A DNA stretch of 64,000 nucleotides from NCBI GenBank assembly GCA_963731635.1, contig CAVSWB010000002.1:418465-482464 (forward strand). Direction: 5' to 3'. The position numbers were made by a program, and so were the translations under genes. The DNA is from an uncultured Chloroflexia bacterium. Lineage in GTDB: Bacteria; Chloroflexota; Limnocylindria; Limnocylindrales; CSP1-4. Of this stretch, positions 1-9,775 are shown piece by piece (positions within the stretch are counted from its first letter, which is position 1; each line of letters starts with the position of its first letter). The notes under the pieces were generated by a model. It was not told where the DNA came from, made no database searches, and saw only the letters and a list, made by a program, of their open reading frames with translations.

Positions 1-1
1 C

Positions 2-352
2 AAGGAGCACGGCGACCTGGCCGAGAACGCCGAATACGAGGACGCCAAGAACGAGCAGGCATTCGTCGAGGGCCAGATCCAGCGACTCGAGTCTCTGATC
101 AAGAACGCGACGATCATCGATAGCACTCACGGCACGGACCACGTCCAGATCGGCTCCACCGTGAAGGTCCAGGGCACCGAGGGTGCCGAGCAGTTCACGA
201 TCGTCGGGTCTACGGAGGCCAATCCGCGCGACGGCAAGATATCCAACGAGTCGCCGGTCGGCCGCTCGCTGCTGGGCAAGCACAAGGGCGAGTCCGTCGT
301 CGTGCACGTTCCGGCCGGCGATTTCACGTACAAGATCGTCGAAATCAGCTAG
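2..352 (+). CDS. greA: Transcription elongation factor GreA, C-terminal part (5' end outside window)
   Basis: Translation KEHGDLAENAEYEDAKNEQAFVEGQIQRLESLI...GKISNESPVGRSLLGKHKGESVVVHVPAGDFTYKIVEIS matches the GreA coiled-coil C-terminus and FKBP-like domain. Ends at TAG 350-352. Confidence 0.85.
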   Translation, partial: KEHGDLAENAEYEDAKNEQAFVEGQIQRLESLIKNATIIDSTHGTDHVQIGSTVKVQGTEGAEQFTIVGSTEANPRDGKISNESPVGRSLLGKHKGESVVVHVPAGDFTYKIVEIS

Positions 353-365
353 CCGTCCCGCCGCC

Positions 366-1949
366 GTGTACTGGGCCGACGAAATTGCCACCCAGGTCGC
401 GGGTCCGCAGGTAGTCAACGACTCGAAATCGCCTTCCGGTACGGTTCACGTCGGCAGCCTCCGCGGCGTAGTGCTGCACGACGCGATCTACCGTGCCCTT
501 CGCCAGGCCGGCCACGCGGCGACGTTCCTGTACGGCGTCGACGACATGGACGCCATGGATTCGCAGGCCCTGCTGACCCCGGACGCGGTGGATCGTTACA
601 TGGGCGTGCCGCTGTCGCGCGTCCCGGCTCCCGAGGGCAGTGCCGCGACCAGCTACGCACGCCATTTCGTCGGCGAGATCTTCTTCCGGACCTTCGAGCC
701 GCTCGGCATCAAACCCGAGTTCTACTGGGTCAGCGAACTGTACGGCGCCGGCCAAATGGACTCGTACGTCACGCTCGCGCTCGATCGGGCCGACCGTGTT
801 CGCTCGATCTATCAGCGGGTCAGCCACGTCGAGCGTTCGGCCGCCTGGCTGCCGATCCAGGTCATCTGCGAAAACTGCGGCCGGATAGGTACGACCTATG
901 CCACCGATTGGGACGGCGAGACGGTTGCGTACGTCTGCAAGCCCGACATGGTGACGTGGGCCCGAGGTTGCGGCCACGAAGGGCGAGTCTCGCCACTCGG
1001 CGGCCGGGCCAAGCTGCCCTGGAACCTGGAGTGGGCGGCCAAATGGGGCCTGTTCGGCGTCACCATCGAGGGCTGTGGCAAGGATCTGGCAACCGCCGGA
1101 GGCTCGCGCGACCGCTCCGACGCAATCAGCCGCGAAGTCTTCGAGGTCGAACCGCCGCGCAACGTGGCCTACGAGTTCCTCAACGTCGGCGGCAAGAAGA
1201 TGTCCACATCGCGCGGCCAGGGTGTCGCGGCCCACACGATTGCCGAGGTCCTGCCGCCGGAGCAACTCCGCTTCCTCTTCCTGCGGCCGCGCCCCAGCCA
1301 GGTGATCGATTTCGATCCGGAGGGCGACACGATCCCGCGCCTCTTCGACGAGTTCGACCGCATCGCCGCCGCGACTGCCGGCCGCGAGGTCAAGGGCGAG
1401 CTGCCGGCCGACCACGAGCGACTGTTCGGCTACTCGCTGGTCGCGCCCGCGCCGAACGTTGAGGCTGCCGCAGCGGCGTTCAGGCCCGCGTTTGCCCACC
1501 TGGCCCTGCTGCTGCAGATCCCGGGCGTCGATATTGAAGAACGGATGACGGCCGAGAAAGGTTCGCCCCTGACCGAGCTCGAGCAGTCGGTGCTGGCCCA
1601 ACGCGTCGCCTCGGCTCGGGCCTGGTTGGACTCCTATGCCCCCGAACGTGCCCGCCTGGCCGTGCAGCATGATGCCGTCCCGCCCGCGGTCGCCGACCTA
1701 GCCGCGGAACAGCGCTCCTACCTCGCCGCGCTCGCCGTGGCCGCGGAAGGGGAAGGGCCGCGATCGGGCGACGCGTGGCAGACCCTCATATTCCGCGTGG
1801 CCTCCGAATCGGGACTCGCTCCCGGCCGCGCCTTCGGGGCGCTGTACGCGGCATTCCTGGGTCGCACCAACGGCCCGCGCGCCGGCTGGCTGCTGGCCAG
1901 CCTCGAGCCGGCCTTCGTTTTGGCGCGTTTGCGAGCTGCCGCAGGGTAG
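366..1949 (+). CDS. lysS: Lysine--tRNA ligase, class I (archaeal-type LysRS)
   Basis: N-terminus VYWADEIA...SGTVHVGSLRG (HIGH-like motif) and KMSTSRG (KMSKS motif). Same overall layout as class I LysRS (Pyrococcus/Borrelia type). GTG start at 366 just after the greA stop; the long upstream in-frame extension overlapping greA is rejected. Confidence 0.85.
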   Translation: MYWADEIATQVAGPQVVNDSKSPSGTVHVGSLRGVVLHDAIYRALRQAGHAATFLYGVDDMDAMDSQALLTPDAVDRYMGVPLSRVPAPEGSAATSYARHFVGEIFFRTFEPLGIKPEFYWVSELYGAGQMDSYVTLALDRADRVRSIYQRVSHVERSAAWLPIQVICENCGRIGTTYATDWDGETVAYVCKPDMVTWARGCGHEGRVSPLGGRAKLPWNLEWAAKWGLFGVTIEGCGKDLATAGGSRDRSDAISREVFEVEPPRNVAYEFLNVGGKKMSTSRGQGVAAHTIAEVLPPEQLRFLFLRPRPSQVIDFDPEGDTIPRLFDEFDRIAAATAGREVKGELPADHERLFGYSLVAPAPNVEAAAAAFRPAFAHLALLLQIPGVDIEERMTAEKGSPLTELEQSVLAQRVASARAWLDSYAPERARLAVQHDAVPPAVADLAAEQRSYLAALAVAAEGEGPRSGDAWQTLIFRVASESGLAPGRAFGALYAAFLGRTNGPRAGWLLASLEPAFVLARLRAAAG

Positions 1950-2478
1950 GGGAGCCGATGGCGCCGCTGCTTGCCGAATTCCCGCCAGAGCGGCCGTAGG
2001 CAACCCACGGCTGGCCACACCGCCGGTCCGACGACCTTCCTCAAGGTCGTCGAGCGTGCTCCACGAGCACCGGACGGAGCTGAGACCCCGCGGCCGCTGC
2101 CGGTGCCCATCAAGCTTCCATAAGCTCGGATTGGCGGGAAATCGGCAAGTCCGGGAAAGCGGTGCCGCTGCGTGGCGTCGGTCAGCTCTTGCCTGACGAA
2201 CATCACCACGACAACGGGTAAGGTCTCGCTTCGGCTCGACTCTCTTCGGTGGGCCGAATCGACGCTCAAGAACCTTCGGTCGTGCTCTGCAGCACCCTTC
2301 GGACCAGACTCCGGACGCTCCGGACGGGTTCAGTGAGCCCAGGTTGATCAATTTCGTTCTCGTTTGCATTAGGAAGAAGCGGGCGAAGTTGACCGGCCCG
2401 ACGACGGTCGGCGCAGACTAGGAACCGAGGGTTGCGGCGGCAGTAAACAATCCAGGCTTCGCCGCATACCAGAAAAGC

Positions 2479-2982
2479 GTGGAAGCCATTTCCTCGACGT
2501 CCGACGCCTTGGTCGATTTCGACGCGGCCTACGCCCGGCTCTTCGACGAGCTGTGCGCGCTGTGCCGTGCGTTGGGCGCGCCGGATGATGCGGAGGATGT
2601 GGCGCAGGAAGCGCTGCTGTACGGCCGCGCGCACCTGCGCGACCTGCGCGACGAGCGGAATCTCAGGCCGTGGTTGCGCCGGATCGCGGCCCGCGGGGCT
2701 GCGCAGGCGCGCCGGCGCCGACTACCCAGCCTCGACGGAACCGAGCCGAGCTACGTCCCCGTCGACCCGGAGGCGAACATCGACTGCGCGGCGGCCGTAG
2801 CAAGGCTGCCCGAGCGCGAGCAATTCGCGATAGCGCTGGTCTACGGACTCGGCTACCCGCAGGAGGAAGCGGCCCAGGTGCTCGGCATTGCCCGAGGGAC
2901 AGTGGCCGCAAGTCTCTGGAAAGCCCGCCGGAAGCTCGCACGTGAGCTCGCCCCAGCGTCGGGCAAGGAGTTGGAACGATGA
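2479..2982 (+). CDS. ECF-type RNA polymerase sigma factor (sigma-70 region 2 + region 4)
   Basis: DVAQEALLYGRAHL (region 2-like) and C-terminal LPEREQFAIALVYGLGYPQEEAAQVLGIARGTVAASLWKARRKL (region 4 HTH). Stop overlaps the start of the next ORF (translational coupling). Confidence 0.75.
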   Translation: MEAISSTSDALVDFDAAYARLFDELCALCRALGAPDDAEDVAQEALLYGRAHLRDLRDERNLRPWLRRIAARGAAQARRRRLPSLDGTEPSYVPVDPEANIDCAAAVARLPEREQFAIALVYGLGYPQEEAAQVLGIARGTVAASLWKARRKLARELAPASGKELER

Positions 2983-4502
2983 GGATCGTCGGACTTCGGG
3001 CCCCCCATGTGAACGAGCGACGCCTTGCCGAGGCGGCCGAGGTCGGCGCTCCGGCGGGATTGACCGAAGCGGAGCAGCGGCACCTGACGGCGTGCAAACG
3101 ATGCCGCCGCCTCTTCGAGGGGCACAGTCAGGTCGCTCGCCTATTCGCCGCCCAGTGGCAGCGGGTGGACACGCTTCGGGCGCCCCTGCCCGCATGGCGG
3201 CGGCACAGGGTGATGCGGTGGGCTCAGCTCGCGGCGGCCTTCGCCATTGCGGTGGCGCTGACCGCGGTGCTGCTCAACTGGCGCCAGGGCGTCACTCCGG
3301 TAGGTCCCGCCGGCACGCCAACGTCTTCTGCCAGCACTTCGCCGACCGGCGTGCCAACCGCGTCGTCAAGGCTGAGCTCGCCGTTCCCTACGGAAACCAA
3401 GTATCCGATCGAGTCCCCCAACTCGACCCCTTCGAGCGCTGCGATCGTGCTCGATATACCCGCAGCGCTGCGGACCGACGTTCCGTTGCCAGCCGGCGCA
3501 CAGGTCGACACGGGCGTCCTGGTGGCGGACGGCGACTGGCTGGTCATGGGCATCTACTACCCGTACCCTTCGACCATCGAAGCCTTGTACGCCGCAAACC
3601 TGCACACAGGTGCGCTGCGCAAGATACTCGACTCGATCCCGCAGGACGTCTCGGTCGCGGGCTCACAGGCGGCGTGGGTTGATGAAACCTGCCACGAGTC
3701 GATGCCGTCGCCCCTCCCGACCGAGCAGGCGCACATTCCGCCGCTAGTCAACTGCGGCAGCTGGCGGGTGATCCTGGCCGATCTCGACACCGGAGCCAGC
3801 CGAGTGGTTGCCCAGGGAAGCAATCCGCCCGTCGTCAATGACCTCCTTTCGGAGGGAGGGGACCCGCCGCATCCGGTCGTGCCTGCGGCCGCTCTGGGCG
3901 ACGGCGTACTCGCCTACACGACGGGTGACCTCACCCATGGCATCAAGCTCAACCTGTTGACGCTCTCGTCTGGCGCCATGCGAACGATCGCGGTCGCGGC
4001 CCCAATTGCAGAGATGAAGTGGGCGGGCCAGGACCTCGCATGGGTGGAGGACTCGGATCTTCAACCGGCTGGGGGCCTGGGCGGCTCGCCCTACCCGTGG
4101 TATTCGGGGTCTCACCTCATGCTGCTGTCCCAGGGTGCCTCCGCTGCTCGCCAGATCGCCGATGGCGCCTACTTCCTGGACGCGGACACGGGCGAGATCG
4201 CCTGGGACGTAGGCGGCTGCGATACGGGGACCGCGTCAGCTCCGGGCTGGGTGCCCGTGGATACCCATTACGACTACGCCTGCTCGCTGTTCGTCTCGGA
4301 CGGCTGGCTCGGCTGGACGGTGGAGTACCCAAACGCGAACTTCCTGCTCCTCGGACCCTCGGCTTCCGAGCCCGTCGGGATCCTGGACGGCGTTGCGCTC
4401 ACCGGCGGTTGGCTCGTCCTTGGTCCGCAACCGGCCTACCAACGGGGGACCACCTTGATCCCGACGAAGTTGCAGGTCGTCCGGGTTTCCGGCCTGCCTT
4501 AA
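2979..4502 (+). CDS. Putative membrane anti-sigma factor (zinc-finger N-domain, single TM, large extracytoplasmic domain)
   Basis: N-terminal HLTACKRCRRLFEGH resembles a zinc-finger anti-sigma motif (HxxxCxxC). A hydrophobic helix WAQLAAAFAIAVALTAVLL follows, then Ser/Thr/Pro-rich linker and an extracytoplasmic domain. Coupled to the upstream ECF sigma. Confidence 0.5.
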   Translation: MRIVGLRAPHVNERRLAEAAEVGAPAGLTEAEQRHLTACKRCRRLFEGHSQVARLFAAQWQRVDTLRAPLPAWRRHRVMRWAQLAAAFAIAVALTAVLLNWRQGVTPVGPAGTPTSSASTSPTGVPTASSRLSSPFPTETKYPIESPNSTPSSAAIVLDIPAALRTDVPLPAGAQVDTGVLVADGDWLVMGIYYPYPSTIEALYAANLHTGALRKILDSIPQDVSVAGSQAAWVDETCHESMPSPLPTEQAHIPPLVNCGSWRVILADLDTGASRVVAQGSNPPVVNDLLSEGGDPPHPVVPAAALGDGVLAYTTGDLTHGIKLNLLTLSSGAMRTIAVAAPIAEMKWAGQDLAWVEDSDLQPAGGLGGSPYPWYSGSHLMLLSQGASAARQIADGAYFLDADTGEIAWDVGGCDTGTASAPGWVPVDTHYDYACSLFVSDGWLGWTVEYPNANFLLLGPSASEPVGILDGVALTGGWLVLGPQPAYQRGTTLIPTKLQVVRVSGLP

Positions 4503-4615
4503 CCTTTCGCCGCCGTCCTTCGCCCTGCGTGGAGGCGCGCCCGGCTAAACTCAGTGGCAATGCCTCTGTTCCGCCGCGAGCGGACCGGCGCAAGACGCAA
4601 CGGGAGTAGCGACGC

Positions 4616-5929
4616 ATGAGCATCGGGCTGGCAAGGCTGCGCGAGGAGCCGGATCGCATCCGTCAGGGCGCGATCGACAAGGGCGAGGACCCGTCCATCG
4701 TGGATCAGGCCCTCGTGCTCGAAGGCAGGCGCCGCGAGCTGCTCCAGGATTCCGACCGCCTCAAGGCCGAACGCAACGCCGCGTCCAGGCAGATCGGCGA
4801 TGCCATCCACGGCGGCGCCGCCCCCAACGGGCCGGAAGTGGCCGAGCTCCGCGCCGCCTCCACCCGGGCCGGCGAGCAAATCACGACCATGGACGCCGAC
4901 CTCGCCGCCACCGAAGCCGCACTCGAGGACCTGCTCCTTCGCATTCCCAACCCCGCCGACCCGGACGTGCCGATCGGCGACGAGTCGGCCAACCAGGTCG
5001 TCAGAACCTGGGGCGAGGTCCTCCCCAGGGAAGAAGCGCTTCCCAGCGGCGCGATATGGAACCGCCGCCCCCACTGGGAAGTGGCCGAGTCCCTCCACAT
5101 GTTCGACCTGGCGCGGGGCGCCAAAATCACCGGCTCCGGCTTCCCGGTCTACACGGGCCAGGGCTCGAGGCTCCAGCGCGCGCTGATCGATTTCATGCTC
5201 GACGTCCACACGGCGGAGCACGGGATGATCGAGGTCTGGCCGCCCGCGCTCGTCAATGCCGCCTCCGCGCGCGGCACGGGCCAGATCCCGGACAAGGAAG
5301 ACCTGATGTACGTCGCCACGCGCGACGAGCTCTACCTCGTGCCCACCGCCGAGGTGCCGGTCACGAACCTCCATCGAGACGAGATCTTCGAGGCCGCGGA
5401 CCTTCCCCTCCGCTACGCCGCCTACTCGCCGTGCTTCCGCCGCGAGGCGGGCGCCGCCGGCAAGGACACCCGCGGCATCCTCCGCGTCCACCAGTTCGAC
5501 AAGGTCGAGATGGTCTTCTTCGAAAAGCCGGAGGATTCGGCGGAGGCGCTCGAATGGCTGGTCGGGCGGGCGGAGGTCATCCTCCAGCGGCTCGGCCTGG
5601 CATATCGGGTCCTGTTAATGGCGACTGGCGACATGGGCTTCGTTCAGGCCAAGAAGTTCGACCTCGAGGTATGGGCGCCCGGCGTCGAGCGCTGGCTCGA
5701 GGTCAGCTCGTGTTCGAACTTCCGCGACTACCAGGCCCGCCGGATGGCGATCCGGTACAGGCCGGAACCCGGCGCGAAGCCGGAGCTGGTCCACACGCTC
5801 AACGGCTCCGGTCTCGCCCTGGCTCGAACCGTGGCCGCGATCATCGAGACTTACCAGCTCCCCGACGGCACGCTCCTGATCCCGGAAGCCCTCCAGCCAT
5901 ATATGCACACGGACAGAGTCGGCGCATAG
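4616..5929 (+). CDS. serS: Serine--tRNA ligase
   Basis: N-terminal coiled-coil arm (MSIGLARLREEPDRIRQGAIDKGED...) and class II catalytic core (FRREAGAAGKDTRGILRVHQFDKVEMV, TLNGSGLALARTVAAIIE). Typical SerS length of 437 aa. Confidence 0.9.
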   Translation: MSIGLARLREEPDRIRQGAIDKGEDPSIVDQALVLEGRRRELLQDSDRLKAERNAASRQIGDAIHGGAAPNGPEVAELRAASTRAGEQITTMDADLAATEAALEDLLLRIPNPADPDVPIGDESANQVVRTWGEVLPREEALPSGAIWNRRPHWEVAESLHMFDLARGAKITGSGFPVYTGQGSRLQRALIDFMLDVHTAEHGMIEVWPPALVNAASARGTGQIPDKEDLMYVATRDELYLVPTAEVPVTNLHRDEIFEAADLPLRYAAYSPCFRREAGAAGKDTRGILRVHQFDKVEMVFFEKPEDSAEALEWLVGRAEVILQRLGLAYRVLLMATGDMGFVQAKKFDLEVWAPGVERWLEVSSCSNFRDYQARRMAIRYRPEPGAKPELVHTLNGSGLALARTVAAIIETYQLPDGTLLIPEALQPYMHTDRVGA

Positions 5930-6171
5930 CCGGGCCTGTATATTCCGCGCAGACGCCAACCGGCCGCCAGGCCCCGATAGGGAGATGATCGGGACCAGGT
6001 TTCGTAGGGTTTCTGCTTGCCCCCGCGACGTCCAGTCCAGTTCCCGCGTCGGCGCCCGACCTTCATTTGCATATGCCGTAACTGGGCGACCCGGGCACGT
6101 TGCATGGCTGCCGGTAGCGCCGCACAAGGTCGGGCTATCCGGCCTCATTCGAGTGGGAGAGGTGTTCAGCC

Positions 6172-6708
6172 ATGCGACGAATTCTCGGTCTGTCTCTGGT
6201 GCTGGTCGTCTTCGCCGCGGCATGCGGTTCGAGTGGCGCGAGCACCGCGCCGACTACCGCTGACGGATCCCCGTCCGGGGCCACTCAGACCGCCGCCGAC
6301 ACGGGCAACGGCAGCAACAACGGCACCGGCTGCGGCTCGGGCAAGTACCTTACCTACACGACCACGACGTTCTGCGGCTCCGCCAAAGCCAGCGTCAAAG
6401 TGGACTCCACGACATTCGAATTGACCCAGGGGATGTGTGTCGACGATCCCAGCATCGGCTTTGCCGTGAGTGTCGGAACCACGGTCATCGGAGGGGCCAA
6501 CCTGCCTACCGACGCACCGAACTATTTCGGCGTGGTCCAGCAGCCCGGCGAGCAGGCCATGGCGACCGGGCTTCTGGGCGGCCAGGGATTTGTCGTCATG
6601 GACGGCGGCGGTTCCGGTACAGTCAAGATTGCCGCGGACAAGAAGAGCGGCAGCGTGAGCGGCACCGATCTGGGCGGCAAGACCGTCGTCGCCACGTTTA
6701 CCTGCTGA
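6172..6708 (+). CDS. Secreted lipoprotein of unknown function
   Basis: Signal peptide plus lipobox (LVLVVFAAACGSS) and a Thr/Gly-rich mature region. RBS-like GGGAGAGG upstream. Confidence 0.6.
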   Translation: MRRILGLSLVLVVFAAACGSSGASTAPTTADGSPSGATQTAADTGNGSNNGTGCGSGKYLTYTTTTFCGSAKASVKVDSTTFELTQGMCVDDPSIGFAVSVGTTVIGGANLPTDAPNYFGVVQQPGEQAMATGLLGGQGFVVMDGGGSGTVKIAADKKSGSVSGTDLGGKTVVATFTC

Positions 6709-6748
6709 GTCGGCCCGGTCGGGGTCGCGAGGCTGGAGGGATATCGAC

Positions 6749-7084
6749 GTGAAGCCAACGGCGCAACCCGGCTCGTTCGACGACCTCGACATCAGGATCG
6801 GGCGCGTGGTGTCGGCCCAGGAGGCGAGAACTCGCAAGCCGACCTACCGCATGGTCATCGATTTCGGAGCCGAGCTCGGAACGAAGGTCTCGTGCGGCGC
6901 ATACCGCAATTACGCCGCCGACGATCTGGTAGGGCGCCTGGTGGTCGCGGTCGTGAACCTCGGCACCAAGCAGATGGGTCCCGAAATGTCGGAAGTGCTG
7001 GTGCTGGGCGTGACCAAACCCGACGGTGGCACGACCGCTCTGGAACCCGAGTCGGAGGTTTCGCTCGGCTCCGCGGTGTCCTAG
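6749..7084 (+). CDS. tRNA-binding protein (CsaA/YgjH, EMAP/Myf-like OB-fold)
   Basis: FDDLDIRIGRVVSAQEARTRKPTYRMVIDFGAELGTKVSCGAYRNY...LVVAVVNLGTKQMGPEMSEVLVLG matches the CsaA-type tRNA-binding domain. Size of 111 aa is typical. Confidence 0.7.
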   Translation: MKPTAQPGSFDDLDIRIGRVVSAQEARTRKPTYRMVIDFGAELGTKVSCGAYRNYAADDLVGRLVVAVVNLGTKQMGPEMSEVLVLGVTKPDGGTTALEPESEVSLGSAVS

Positions 7085-7452
7085 AACCGTCGAATGCGAC
7101 GCTCGGCGCACCAGGTGGATTCAGAAACCCCCGGCGACCTACCCGGATGGGGCTCGAGTAACATCGCGCCACCGAATTTGGCGAAGCCGAACTCCGACGA
7201 ACCGGGACAAAAGCCTGAACGAGGGCCTCGTAACCAAACGGCAACCTTCTCGGAGGCTGCACACAATCCTGATCTGCAGAAGTCCCCTTGCGTGGAGTCG
7301 GCGGTTGGGTAACCTACGTCGCAAGGCTTGGGCTGGCGTTCCCATATCCGAGTCTGCCGGCGGTGGCGCCTCATTTGCCAGTGGAGGAAATCTGGCTCCT
7401 GGGCAACCGGGTCGGCTCCTTGTCGTATGGAAGTGAGTGGAGGATGGGCCAT

Positions 7453-8710
7453 ATGAAGCCCAAAGCGCTCGTGATCGTGGCCGTGGTCGCGCTGGTGGGG
7501 TCCGCTTGTAGCTCGGCTACAAGCAGCCCGACAGGCTCCGGCGGGTCGGCGGCCAACAAAGTAGTAACCCTCGGCGTGGATCTGCCCCTCTCGGGCGCCG
7601 AAACGCCGAACGGCCAGCCCACGCTCGACGGCGTGAAGCTAGCCGTCAAAGAGAATCCGGTTCCGGGCTACACGATCAACGTCGAGGCCAAGGACGACGC
7701 CCTCAACGGTAAGCACGATCCCCAGACGGGCGCGACCAACATTGGCCAGCTCGTGACGGACTCCTCCGTCTTCGCAGTCGTCGGCCCGTTCAACTCGAAC
7801 GTCGCCCAGGCTGAGATCCCGGTCTCCAACGCCGCGGGCCTGATCCAGTGCAGCCCCGCCAACACCAACCCGGCTCTGACCAAGGGCGCCGCGGCCGCCG
7901 CGCTTCGGGCCACCAACCCGAACCAAGATCGCGTACGTTCGCGTCGCCACCACAGACGACATCCAGGGCCAGGCCGGTGCAGACATCGCCTACACCGTTG
8001 CCGGTGCCAAGACCGCATACGTCGTCGATGACACCGAGACCTACGGCAAGGGTCTCGCCGACCAGTTCGTGACCTCGTTCACGGCTCTCGGCGGAACCAT
8101 CGTCGGTCGCGATGGCGTGGGCGCCAGCGGCCAGTCCGACTTCACCGCGCTTCTCACGGCTGCCAAGGCCAAGAACCCGCAATTCGTTTACTTCGGCGGC
8201 GTGACCGCCACGGGCGGCGGACTGCTGCGCAAGCAGATGGTCCAGAACGGCATGGGCAGCATCCCGTTCGGCGGCGGTGACGGCATCAGCGACGGCTCGG
8301 CCGCAACGGCCAGCTCGTTCCTGAACGTCGCGGGCCCCGACGGCGACCTCAACACCTACATGACCGTGGCGGCCATCCACGACATCCCGAACGCGGCCAA
8401 GTTCGCGGCCGACTACAAGGCCGCGTACGGCACCGAAGCCGGCGCCTACAGCGCCTCCGGCTATGCCTGCGCGCAGATCTTCCTGCAGGCGCTCGCCAAG
8501 GTCGGCAGCAGCCGTGAAGCGGTTCGCGCTTACGTGACGACCACCTCCAACAAGTTCGCGACCGTGCTCGGCGACATCTCGTTCGATGCGAACGGCGACA
8601 CCAGCCAGCACATCATCAGCTACTACAAGTTCGACCCGACCACGAAGGACTGGAAGTACTTCGAGCAGAAGGACTTCACCACCGGAGTGACCACCACAGC
8701 CGCTCCGTAA
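7453..8710 (+). pseudogene. livJ: Branched-chain amino-acid ABC transporter substrate-binding protein (LivJ/LivK-like), interrupted by a +/-1 frameshift near 7900-7925
   Basis: Signal peptide/lipobox MKPKALVIVAVVALVGSAC plus a type I periplasmic binding fold. The N-terminal part reads in frame 1 up to ...ALRATNPNQ. The continuation KIAYVRVATTDDIQGQAGADIAYTVAGAKTAYVVDDTETYGKGLADQFVTSFTALGG reads cleanly in frame 2 from about 7925 into the 8069..8710 ORF. A single indel is the simplest explanation. Confidence 0.7.
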
Positions 8711-8735
8711 GGGCCCGGTTCTCGAATCGATTTCA

Positions 8736-8766
8736 GGGGGCCGGAGCTTATACTCCGGCCCCCTCT
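8736..8766 (+). terminator. GC-rich hairpin downstream of livJ (putative intrinsic terminator/attenuator)
   Basis: Inverted repeat GGGGGCCGGAG-cttata-CTCCGGCCCCC immediately after the livJ stop. There is no clear U-tract, as is common in high-GC genomes. Confidence 0.3.
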
Positions 8767-8809
8767 CCCATCCGCCAGTTTCCCAAACCAGGCTGACCCA
8801 GGAGACTCC

Positions 8810-9775
8810 GTGGACGTCGGGATCGTCATCCAACAGACGCTCAACGCCCTGACCATCGGGGCCATGTATGCGCTGATCGCGCTCGGCTACACGATGGTCT
8901 ACGGCATCATCGAGCTGATCAACTTCGCCCACGGCGATGTCTTCATGGTCGGCTCGTTCGTGACCCTGTGGTTGCTGACAACGATCGGAGTCCAGGGTTC
9001 GATCGACAACCCGGTCCAGCTCGTCATCTTGCTGATCGTGATGTTCGCCTTCGTCATGATCGTAATGGGCCTGGTGGGCGTCCTCATCGAGCGAGTCGCG
9101 TACCGGCCGTTACGGAACGCGCCACGACTGGCGCCGCTCATCACGGCTATCGGCGTGAGCTTCATCCTCCAAAACATCATTCAGGCGACGTACAGCACCG
9201 CCAACTTCAACATCCCCCAGGTCATCGATCCGGGAGCCAAAGTCACCTTCACCCCGCCCAGCTTCAATCTGGCCGGCGTGGCGGTGAAATCGTCGGCAGT
9301 GGACGCGACCGCGGTCCATATCTTCATCGTCGTTCTAGCGATCGCGATGATCGTGGCCCTGCAGATCTTCGTGCGCCGGACCAGGCTCGGCCGGGCCATG
9401 CGATCGACCGCAATCGACCGTGAGGCGGCTCAGCTGATGGGCGTCGACATCAACACCACGATCGCCCTCACCTTCTTCATCGGCTCGGCCCTGGCCGGTG
9501 CGGCCGGAGTGGCCTGGTCGCTCAACTACGGCCTGACGAAGTTCGACATCGGATTCCAGGCCGGTCTCAAGTCCTTTACGGCGGCGGTCCTGGGAGGGAT
9601 CGGCAACACGACCGGCGCCGCGCTCGGTGGGTTCCTGATCGCGTTCATCGAGGTCTTCAGCTCACAGCTCGGCTATTCCCGCTGGAGCGAGGCAATCGTG
9701 TTCGGCATCCTCGTGCTGGTGCTCGTCTTCCGACCCACCGGCATCCTCGGTCAGCAACTGGCGGAACGAGCATGA
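8810..9775 (+). CDS. livH: Branched-chain amino-acid ABC transporter permease LivH
   Basis: Polytopic membrane protein with the LivH-type N-terminus (TLNALTIGAMYALIALGYTMVYGIIELINFAHGD). GGAG RBS upstream. Stop overlaps the livM start. Confidence 0.85.
   Translation: MDVGIVIQQTLNALTIGAMYALIALGYTMVYGIIELINFAHGDVFMVGSFVTLWLLTTIGVQGSIDNPVQLVILLIVMFAFVMIVMGLVGVLIERVAYRPLRNAPRLAPLITAIGVSFILQNIIQATYSTANFNIPQVIDPGAKVTFTPPSFNLAGVAVKSSAVDATAVHIFIVVLAIAMIVALQIFVRRTRLGRAMRSTAIDREAAQLMGVDINTTIALTFFIGSALAGAAGVAWSLNYGLTKFDIGFQAGLKSFTAAVLGGIGNTTGAALGGFLIAFIEVFSSQLGYSRWSEAIVFGILVLVLVFRPTGILGQQLAERA

Noticed and set aside
345-1670. 441-aa ORF on the minus strand covering most of the lysS region (and similar long antisense ORFs, e.g. 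1698..2369, 7790..8932, 9970..11004, 11700..12737, 18375..19499, 23883..25169, 44433..45485, 60485..61771)
   Set aside because: Typical stop-codon-poor antisense frames of a high-GC genome. Their translations are Arg/Pro/Gly-rich with no motifs, and each overlaps a well-supported gene on the other strand.
2000-2478. Possible small RNA or riboswitch in the 480-bp lysS/ECF-sigma intergenic region (AT-richer patch around 2340-2400)
   Set aside because: No recognisable riboswitch or tRNA-like structure by eye. More likely it is just the sigma-factor promoter region. I could not support a specific call.
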